Shown: positions 17,824 to 24,000 of the stretch, one piece after another
Layout: each line of letters starts with the position of its first letter
Position numbering within the stretch: the first letter of the stretch is position 1
Source of the DNA: Bacteroidota bacterium
GTDB taxonomy: Bacteria > Bacteroidota > Bacteroidia > Bacteroidales > VadinHA17
NCBI GenBank assembly: GCA_015222065.1
Contig: JADFUQ010000183.1
Coordinates: 14,470 to 38,469, forward strand
DNA: 24,000 nucleotides
Direction: 5' to 3'
Notes under the pieces: model-generated
Seen by the model: the letters and a program-made list of their open reading frames with translations, nothing else
What the model was told of the DNA's origin: nothing
Database searches by the model: none
Translations under genes and position numbers: made by a program

Positions 17824-17869
17824 TTAATATATATTTTCATTTTTTCCAGAACAATAATTTTGTTGATAT

Positions 17870-17906
17870 AAAAAAGCAAAAAACAGTTTATTCCATGAAA
17901 AACCGT
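17870..17906 (-). terminator. Rho-independent terminator of ubiB
   Basis: Minus strand reads ACGGTTT-TTCATGGAAT-AAACTGT (7 bp including one G-U pair) followed by TTTTTGCTTTTTT. Confidence 0.65.
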
Positions 17907-17907
17907 C

Positions 17908-19599
17908 TTACATTTTCCCATGACGAAAGATAGAAATAAGAAGCCAAAAACCTAGAATAGTTGCAGCAAGGAATCCGATAAGTCCAATAACCGGAATATC
18001 ATTCCACATCGGAGGGATTTTTGAAAGTACTATTAATGAAGATCCAATTATTATGGAAGCCAAAACAATAGCAAAAGTAATTCGGTTACTGATTTGCTCA
18101 TGCGTGCCAAGCATTGGGTTAAGTCCCTTATGCTCAATATCCATCTTTATTGTACCGTTTTTTACTTTTTCGATAATCTCACGAATTTCAAAAGGTAGTT
18201 CTTTCGTCAGTTGCACCAATTCTTCAGAAGAAATGAATAAGTCTTTTGCAATTTTACGAATGTGCAGGCGCTCTCGGATCATTTTCTTTAAATAAGGCTC
18301 TATCTGGTTTGCTACATTATAATCGGGATCAAGCATTTCTCCGTTTCCCTGCAGAAGGAGCAATGACCTCCCCAATAAATACAGGTCAGAAGGCATTTTT
18401 AAATTATTCTCAGGAAAGAATCTTATTAAATCATTGATTAGGGCAGCCATGTCTATTTGTTCCAACGATTGATGAAAATACCTGTCGATAAGTTCAGTGA
18501 TCTGTAATTCCAGTTTCTGGGTTTTTACTTCGCCATTTGTTTCACACAATCTGAGTAAACTCCTGATAATCCTGTCGATATCATGATTAATTGCTCCTGC
18601 AGCTATTGATGTGATTAATTTTATAGTTGTCCGGGTTAGCGTTCCCATCATCCCAAAATCAAGGAAACAGATTACGTTTTCAGGCAATACCCAGATATTT
18701 CCCGGATGAGGGTCAGCATGGAAAAACCCATATTCAAATATTTGTTTTAGTACCAGATCTGCTCCTCTTTTTGCTATAATCTTCCGGTTAAGGGAATTTG
18801 CTTGAATACTTTCAATGTCCGAAATTTTAATCCCTTCGATGAACTCCATTGTCAGGATTTTTTTTGTGCTATAATTCCGGTAGCATTTGGGAACGTAAAT
18901 ATTCAGGTCTTTTTGAAAATTATTACCAAATCGTTCTATACTTGAAGCCTCAATAGAAAAATTTAATTCTTTGTGGATAGATTTTTCAAACTCTTCTACT
19001 ATTTTAACGATGTTAAAAGATTTCATCTCTTCTACATGCTTTTCCATCATGGTAGCGAGATGAAACATTATTTCCAGATCAGTTTCGATAATCCGGTCAA
19101 TTCCCGGACGTTGAACTTTGACTGCAACCTCTTCTCCTTCGATAAGAGTTGCCTTGTGCACCTGAGCAATGGAAGCAGCCGCGACAGGTGTAGGGGAGAA
19201 ATTTTTAAATATTTCTGCAATCAGCTTCCCTAGTTCATGTTCAATAAGAGAAACTGCTTTAGCTTCTGAAAAAGGAGGAACGGAATCTTGTAATTTTTTC
19301 AATTCAAGTATTAATTCAAGGGGAATCAAATCTGGTCTTGTACTCATTATCTGACCAAATTTGATAAACGTTGGTCCGAGTTCCTCTAAAACAAGCCGCA
19401 TACGTTCCCAGCGCGAAAGAGTGGCTAATGTAGAATCTGCTTTTCTGAAAACGATTTTCCTTCCAAAATCGATAACACTTTCCAAGCCGGATTGAGAAAT
19501 GATATCCTCAAATCCATACTTTGTAAGCACTTTAATAATTTCCAGATAACGATTGGCATGTCGATATGTCTTGCCAATCATTCCGATTTTACGAATCAT
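17908..19599 (-). CDS. ubiB: UbiB / ABC1 (AarF, ADCK) atypical protein kinase family protein
   Basis: 563-aa ORF. Motifs: FIKFGQIMSTRPDLIP, AAASIAQVHKA, HADPHPGNI, LDFGMMG. Two C-terminal TM helices (ITFAIVLASIIIGSSLIVL and VIGLIGFLAATILGFWLLI). Confidence 0.9.
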   Translation of the reverse strand: MIRKIGMIGKTYRHANRYLEIIKVLTKYGFEDIISQSGLESVIDFGRKIVFRKADSTLATLSRWERMRLVLEELGPTFIKFGQIMSTRPDLIPLELILELKKLQDSVPPFSEAKAVSLIEHELGKLIAEIFKNFSPTPVAAASIAQVHKATLIEGEEVAVKVQRPGIDRIIETDLEIMFHLATMMEKHVEEMKSFNIVKIVEEFEKSIHKELNFSIEASSIERFGNNFQKDLNIYVPKCYRNYSTKKILTMEFIEGIKISDIESIQANSLNRKIIAKRGADLVLKQIFEYGFFHADPHPGNIWVLPENVICFLDFGMMGTLTRTTIKLITSIAAGAINHDIDRIIRSLLRLCETNGEVKTQKLELQITELIDRYFHQSLEQIDMAALINDLIRFFPENNLKMPSDLYLLGRSLLLLQGNGEMLDPDYNVANQIEPYLKKMIRERLHIRKIAKDLFISSEELVQLTKELPFEIREIIEKVKNGTIKMDIEHKGLNPMLGTHEQISNRITFAIVLASIIIGSSLIVLSKIPPMWNDIPVIGLIGFLAATILGFWLLISIFRHGKM

Positions 19600-19910
19600 T
19601 ATTTAGTATTTGTTTTTTTGCTTAACGAACTTTGCAGCTTATCCAATTTTTTTTGGATTTTTTCCAGATCTTCCTTGGTTGCCACACCTAACTTGTCAAT
19701 ACTCTTTTTTACCTGTTTGTCAATCTTTTCCTCAATTTGTTGCTTTGCTTCTTCAGATTTTTTTAAAAGATCGTCTACCAATTTACGACTTTCTTCCTTT
19801 GTTAATTTTGCTTCTTCGGCAGTTTTTTTTGCAAATTCCTGAACTTTTTCTTTGGTCATCAAACCAATTCCGATTCCCGTTAGAATCCCTTTTTTTAATA
19901 GATTAATCAT
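19599..19910 (-). CDS. Phasin-like coiled-coil protein (COG3937-like), translationally coupled to ubiB
   Basis: 103 aa: MINLLKKGILTGIGIGLMTKEKVQEFAKK...LGVATKEDLEKIQKKLDKLQ. It resembles the short 'PHA synthesis regulator phasin' family from memory. Its TAA stop overlaps the ubiB ATG by one base (TAATG, 19597-19601). Confidence 0.65.
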   Translation of the reverse strand: MINLLKKGILTGIGIGLMTKEKVQEFAKKTAEEAKLTKEESRKLVDDLLKKSEEAKQQIEEKIDKQVKKSIDKLGVATKEDLEKIQKKLDKLQSSLSKKTNTK

Positions 19911-20007
19911 TTTATTTACTTTTTAATTATTGAAAAGAATAGTACTAAAGTAACGGATTATAATAAGATAATGTTATTTTTTTTAGGAACAATAATTGAT
20001 TTTTTAC

Positions 20008-20056
20008 AAAAAAACAAAAAAATAGACAACTCCGTATAAAACTGTCTATTTTTTGA
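20008..20056 (-). terminator. Strong bidirectional-type rho-independent terminator after the 259-aa gene
   Basis: AAAAAAATAGACA (20016-20028) pairs with TGTCTATTTTTT (20043-20054) around a 14-nt loop. On the minus strand GTTTTTTTG follows. Confidence 0.75.
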
Positions 20057-20062
20057 ATAAGA

Positions 20063-20842
20063 TTAGTCTTCATTAATAATCTCTTTAGCTTTTTGTAGAA
20101 TATCCGATATCTTATTGCGAACTTCCTTATCTTTTTTCTTTAGATATGCTTGTGCATCTTTAATATCTTTTTGAATTTGCTCCTTGTAAGGTTTTACCTT
20201 CTGAGTTCCATATTCTTTACTACGGATATACCATTCATTTGCTTCTTCAAAATAGGTATGTGCTTGGGAATATGTTTTTTCTGATTGAGCAGCAATTTTT
20301 GCCTTCAAAAGAGCTTCTTCTGCTCTAAGTTCAGCATATTTCCTGTTGATAGTAGCAATATCCTTTTCTTTCTCTGCCTGAAATTCATTATTGTATTTTT
20401 CAGACATAGTCTTTGCTTCATCAACAGCAGCAGATACATTGTCTAAGGCATCGTCCTTTTTCTGGACAACGCTCTTTTTAGCAGTATTTACTTTTGTCTC
20501 TAGTAAGTCAATTTCTGCTTTTGTTTTCTCATCAGCTGTTGATTTTGCTTCTGATAGATAATTAATGGCATTGTCTAATTCTGCTTCTGCTTTTTGTTCT
20601 GATTTATCAATTTTAAGTGCGATTTGAGACTTTAAAAGAGACACTTTTGCCTTGGTCAAGGCATAATTAGTTTTGGCTTCTTTTTCAATTGATGCAGTTA
20701 AATCTGATATTTCAGTTTTTGCATTTTCACTTGTAGTCACAATTTTATTGTCAATGGCAGTTTTATGGGATGTATAACCCCATATTAATGCGACAACCAA
20801 TAAAACAGCAAGTATCCCAATTATTACATTTTTATTTTTCAT
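20063..20842 (-). CDS. Hypothetical membrane-anchored all-helical protein (Ala/Lys/Glu-rich, internal ~40-aa duplication)
   Basis: 259-aa ORF with an N-terminal TM anchor (VIIGILAVLLVVALIWGY). It contains repeats KAKVSLLKSQIALKIDKSEQKAEAELDNAINYLSEAK and ELRAEEALLKAKIAAQSEKTYSQAHTYFEEANEWYIRSK. It starts 33 nt downstream of the 232-aa gene. Confidence 0.75.
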   Translation of the reverse strand: MKNKNVIIGILAVLLVVALIWGYTSHKTAIDNKIVTTSENAKTEISDLTASIEKEAKTNYALTKAKVSLLKSQIALKIDKSEQKAEAELDNAINYLSEAKSTADEKTKAEIDLLETKVNTAKKSVVQKKDDALDNVSAAVDEAKTMSEKYNNEFQAEKEKDIATINRKYAELRAEEALLKAKIAAQSEKTYSQAHTYFEEANEWYIRSKEYGTQKVKPYKEQIQKDIKDAQAYLKKKDKEVRNKISDILQKAKEIINED

Positions 20843-20875
20843 GATTTTTTCTTTTTAAATTGTTAACAAATTTAA

Positions 20876-21574
20876 TTATGAATTTACTTTATTCGAAAGA
20901 TTTTTCAACCAGTCTGATACTTTACTAAGGGAATGACTCGTCAATTTTTTTGAATAGCTTTTTGCTGAATTCATTAGATCTGTTACAGCTTTTTTACTTT
21001 TGTCAGCAGTTTTATGTAAAGCATTTGAAATAGCTTCTGAAGTTTCATCCTTTTTTTCGTCGGCATAATCTTTTAGAGCATCACCTATAGCCTCAAGTTT
21101 GCTCTTTGCTTCTTTTTTGGTTTCATTAAGGTCTTTAAGTGTAGCTTCCATTTGCTCTTTCGCTTTGTCTTCAATATTATCTATTGAGTGCTGAGCTTTA
21201 TTTGATGCATTTTCAAAAAGTTCTTTTGCTTTTTCAGCAGCTTCCTTACTTACAGCTAAAGCATTTTCGCCTTCCTGTTTAGCAACATTTACCATAGCCT
21301 CTGCTGATTTTTTCATTATATCGTCTATTTCAACACCCTTTTCTGTTAGTCTATCAGCAAATTCCTGGCTCTTATTTTTCACATTACTTATACCTTCATA
21401 TATACCATCAAGTGTTTCTTTTGTAATTTCCTTAATCGTATTAGATGTTAGGGTTTTAAGCTCAAGAGATTTTTTATACTCATCTTCAACAAATGTGATG
21501 ATGTCGTTTTTAATATCTTGACTTCCTTCGGCAATCTTTGCCACTCCGTTTCTGATTTTTTCTTTTGTAGTCAT
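20876..21574 (-). CDS. Hypothetical soluble helical-repeat protein (LEA / apolipoprotein / YtxH-like composition)
   Basis: 232-aa ORF with no TM segment and Lys/Glu/Ala/Ser-rich amphipathic helices throughout. It is preceded by AAGGAG 7 nt before the ATG. Confidence 0.75.
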   Translation of the reverse strand: MTTKEKIRNGVAKIAEGSQDIKNDIITFVEDEYKKSLELKTLTSNTIKEITKETLDGIYEGISNVKNKSQEFADRLTEKGVEIDDIMKKSAEAMVNVAKQEGENALAVSKEAAEKAKELFENASNKAQHSIDNIEDKAKEQMEATLKDLNETKKEAKSKLEAIGDALKDYADEKKDETSEAISNALHKTADKSKKAVTDLMNSAKSYSKKLTSHSLSKVSDWLKNLSNKVNS

Positions 21575-21602
21575 TTTATCTCCTTTTTAAATGATTAATT
21601 AA

Positions 21603-21677
21603 AATAAATTATGGTGTAAAAATAAAGTAGATTGATATTATTAATTACCACTTAAGTTGCATAACAAGATTTTATTC
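21603..21677 (-). promoter_or_regulatory. Promoter/operator module, copy X (upstream of the 232-aa gene)
   Basis: About 85% identical by eye to 23119-23191. On the minus strand the order is dyad TTGT-TAT-GCAA (centre 21662), near-palindrome TTAATAATATCAA (centre 21638), then TAATTTATT box (21611-21603). The ATG follows 37 nt later. Confidence 0.55.
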
Positions 21678-21678
21678 T

Positions 21679-21966
21679 TTAATATTTATAACCATTTTTT
21701 CTTCTTGAAAAAAACAGCATTAAAACGACTATTCCAAGCATAAAAAGCAAAGCAGCAGGATATCCCCAGTACCATCCAAATTCTGGCAAATATTTAAAAT
21801 TCATCCCGTAAATCCCTGTTATAAAAGTGAGCGGAATAAATATTGTCCCGATGATTGTTAAGAGCATCATTATTTCATTCATTTTATTGCTCATAACATG
21901 ACGTTGATTAGCCCCATCCCGATCCATTTTTTTAAGTGCTGCCTGCAGGTCAGTGTCAGGTGCAAC
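21679..21966 (-). pseudogene. corA: 3' remnant of a CorA-family Mg2+/Co2+ channel (TM1-GMN-TM2 only)
   Basis: VMSNKMNEIMMLLTIIGTIFIPLTFITGIYGMNFKYLPEFGWYWGYPAALLFMLGIVVLMLFFSRRK carries the YGMNF signature between two TM helices. The ~230-aa cytoplasmic domain is missing. The frame is closed by TAA at 21967-21969, 28 nt after the uspA stop. Confidence 0.7.
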
Positions 21967-21996
21967 TTATTTCATTTGTGCCATGAAAATCACGAC

Positions 21997-22917
21997 CTAT
22001 AGCAAAATTTTCCCAAATGCCTTTACTGTAAACACAGGGCATGGAGCCATACGGACAACCTTTTCGGTAACACTACCGAGAAGCAAGTGATCAATTCCAG
22101 TTAGTCCGTGAGTTGAAATGACGATTAGGTTAGTATCATAACTTGCTGCAAATTTTACAATATCTCTTGCGGCATTACCTTCGATAACATGGATATCTGC
22201 TGCTACTTCAGGTCCTTTTGATTCATCCAGTATTCGTTCCATTACTTCTTTTGATTTTTCCTTTATACCTGGCATTAGATCAAAGGTAGGTACAGTACCC
22301 AATAGGTAAAATGAGGGTTGAACAATTTCTTCAACAATGTGTAAAACCTGTAACCGTGCCTTATAAGATACAGCAAGTTCTGTTGCGTATTTAAGTGCCT
22401 GTAGAGAATAGTCGGAAAAATCTATAGGCACTAAAATGCGTTCAATTGTTTCTATGGGTAAATGTTCTTTCTGCTCACGAATGGTAAATACCGGGCATGG
22501 CGCTAAACGCACTACTTCTTCTGCGATACTGCCAAGTAGTAAATGTCCTAATCCCCGCCGTCCATGTGTGCCCATTACAATGATATCTATATCTTTTTCA
22601 CTGACATATTCTAAGATTGTCGGGGCAGTTGAAATACCATGGCGTTGCAATTGTGTAATTACTAAATCATCGACTTTATACGCTTTAAGATCAGCGATCA
22701 TATGATTTTTTGCAATTTCTTTCATACTGGTGCTAATTTCCTCCATATTCGGAAAATTATACGCTGTATTGAAGGGATCATATTCATGAAGTACCATAAC
22801 GTTGAACATGTGTAAATTGGCCTGGTGTCTTCTAGCTAAATAAAGTGCATGCGTCAATGCTTGATTAGCACAGCGTGAAAAATCTGTCGGGAATAAAATG
22901 TTTTTTATTTGCATCAT
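21997..22917 (-). CDS. uspA: Universal stress protein, tandem Usp domains
   Basis: 306-aa ORF with two Usp domains. Each starts ILFPTDFS / ILVPIDFSDYS and ends with the G-x2-G-x9-G(S/T) motif (VMGTHGRRGLGHLLLGSIAEEVVRLAPCPVFTI and VISTHGLTGIDHLLLGSVTEKVVRMAPCPVFTV). Confidence 0.9.
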   Translation of the reverse strand: MMQIKNILFPTDFSRCANQALTHALYLARRHQANLHMFNVMVLHEYDPFNTAYNFPNMEEISTSMKEIAKNHMIADLKAYKVDDLVITQLQRHGISTAPTILEYVSEKDIDIIVMGTHGRRGLGHLLLGSIAEEVVRLAPCPVFTIREQKEHLPIETIERILVPIDFSDYSLQALKYATELAVSYKARLQVLHIVEEIVQPSFYLLGTVPTFDLMPGIKEKSKEVMERILDESKGPEVAADIHVIEGNAARDIVKFAASYDTNLIVISTHGLTGIDHLLLGSVTEKVVRMAPCPVFTVKAFGKILL

Positions 22918-23118
22918 GTTTTGAGCCTTCCTTTCTATTTAGTTTATTTATTAAACCAATTTTATGAATCATTATCTTAACTGACTGTTTCTGGTTTTTT
23001 GCTTTCCAGCTTTTTTTTACTTCCCAAGGATGATACAAGAGTGCGAATATTGTCTGGTGATTTGTTTGAAACAGAAGTTTTTTTATTATTGTCTGCTTTT
23101 TCCATTCTAATCGCACTA

Positions 23119-23191
23119 ATAAATTATAGTGCAAGATAAAGAATATTGATATTATCAACTACAACTTATGTTGCATAGCAAGAGTTTATTC
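23119..23191 (-). promoter_or_regulatory. Promoter/operator module, copy Y (between the crp/fnr-family gene and uspA)
   Basis: Same architecture as copy X: dyad TTGC-TAT-GCAA (centre 23176), perfect 13-nt palindrome TTGATAATATCAA (23146-23158, centre 23152), then TAATTTATT box (23126-23118). The uspA ATG lies about 200 nt further downstream. Confidence 0.55.
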
Positions 23192-23283
23192 TAAAATAAA
23201 AAATATTGTTTAAATGGGATTATTGAGAAATATAAGAAAAGTGAATTAAAGAAAATAATAGTAAAGTTCTGTAAAAATTACAA

Positions 23284-24000
23284 TTATGTTAAAAAAGAAT
23301 TTCGTTTTTTAAATTCTTCTAACAATTTCTGATAGTTATTTATTTCAAGACTTTTTCTTTTTACAATTAGTAATTTATTATTTTTTAAATCTTGAACATG
23401 GCGGTTGACTACGTTTCTAACACTGCCTATCATATTGGCAATCTGTTCATGTGAAAGATTGTTAATTAGTGATAGCTTTCCTGTATGGCTGTCAGTATTT
23501 CTTAAAATTAATTTAACTAATCTTGTCCATGTATCATACAATACAATATCAGTAGCAGATTCTTCGAGATATCGAAGTTGCTTCCCAAGATAAGGAAGCA
23601 ATGTTTTATTAAAATCAGGATGTTTATATATCCATTCCCTTGCCGCTTCAATAGGAGCTACTAATACTTCTAAGTCATCTAAAGCAGTAGCAATAATATC
23701 ATGTTCTTTTTTATCAAGTAAACAAATTAAATCATAAATATCTCCCGGCCCAAGAATATTAATTATATATTCTCTATCAGTGTTAAAATTTATTTTTGAT
23801 ATTTCTACCCTTCCTGAAATTATAATATAAATATTATATAACGTTGATAAAGACGTAAATGGGTAACTATCTTTCAGATGACCTTTGCTATGAAACATTT
23901 CTAAAATTTCATGTAACACATTATCCTCTAATTCAGAGAAGTGAGGAGACTGTTTAAGACTATTAAAGTAATAGGAATAATTTGATATTTCTTTCCTCAT
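23284..24000 (-). CDS. Crp/Fnr family transcriptional regulator (cNMP-binding-like domain + C-terminal HTH)
   Basis: 238-aa ORF whose ATG falls exactly on the last three bases of the window, so the true start could lie beyond it. Beta-roll segment RVEISKINFNTDREYIINILGPGDIYDL; HTH LSHEQIANMIGSVRNVVNRHVQDLKNNKLL. I saw no N-terminal Cys cluster of the E. coli FNR type. Confidence 0.85.
   Translation of the reverse strand: MRKEISNYSYYFNSLKQSPHFSELEDNVLHEILEMFHSKGHLKDSYPFTSLSTLYNIYIIISGRVEISKINFNTDREYIINILGPGDIYDLICLLDKKEHDIIATALDDLEVLVAPIEAAREWIYKHPDFNKTLLPYLGKQLRYLEESATDIVLYDTWTRLVKLILRNTDSHTGKLSLINNLSHEQIANMIGSVRNVVNRHVQDLKNNKLLIVKRKSLEINNYQKLLEEFKKRNSFLT

Noticed and set aside
16071-19906. 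Track ORFs antisense to GH20, ubiB and the phasin-like gene, and one within repeat copy C (16071-16265, 17304-17495, 18053-18295, 18246-18437, 18973-19233, 19169-19354, 19492-19842, 19610-19906)
   Set aside because: These are shadow ORFs. 17304-17495 lies on the repeat/spacer DNA upstream of GH20 and has no coding signature.
22865-23158. 97-aa minus-strand ORF spanning the uspA leader and overlapping the uspA start
   Set aside because: It begins with a TTG inside the operator palindrome, overlaps uspA out of frame, and has low-complexity Lys/Ile-rich composition. It is most likely a chance frame in AT-rich leader DNA.
23146-23158. Calling the palindrome a canonical FNR box
   Set aside because: The half-sites TTGAT/ATCAA fit, but the spacing is N3 (a 13-mer) rather than TTGAT-N4-ATCAA. 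The regulator also shows no obvious FNR-type Cys cluster. I report only a Crp/Fnr-family-like operator.
22436-23593. Antisense ORFs 22436-22705 and 23405-23593
   Set aside because: They lie inside the uspA and crp/fnr-family coding regions on the opposite strand and have no support.

Overview
The window reads as chromosomal DNA from a low-GC Gram-negative bacterium. Bacteroidota is my inference from protein flavour, lipoprotein and glycosidase content and TAnnTTTG-like -7 boxes; I ran no search. About 1-12.3 kb is housekeeping: clpX (cut by the window edge), clpP, tig, tRNA-Leu(TAG), lptB, tatC, recQ, an ABC-2 transporter pair, a GH3 glycosidase and mntP. From about 12.4 kb to 24 kb every gene is on the minus strand and the region looks more accessory. 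It holds an esterase, a hotdog thioesterase, an orphan lipoprotein, a GH20 hexosaminidase and a 3' remnant of a GH2-type glycosidase. Beyond that lies a stress-type cluster: Crp/Fnr regulator, tandem UspA, a corA 3' remnant, two helical-repeat proteins, and a phasin-like gene translationally coupled to ubiB. I found no CRISPR array, transposase, integrase, rRNA or recognisable defence genes. The most interesting signals are non-coding. (1) A ~74-bp promoter/operator module occurs twice, upstream of uspA and of the helical-repeat operon, next to the Crp/Fnr gene. (2) A degenerate mosaic repeat family fills four consecutive intergenic spacers between 13.3 and 17.4 kb. (3) A ~300-bp element with imperfect terminal inverted repeats lies in the tatC/recQ spacer and shares an exact 19-mer with the 14.3 kb spacer. 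(4) Two genes are reduced to their 3' ends at the borders of the stress cluster. All functional calls come from motif recognition by eye and all identities are hand-counted estimates.
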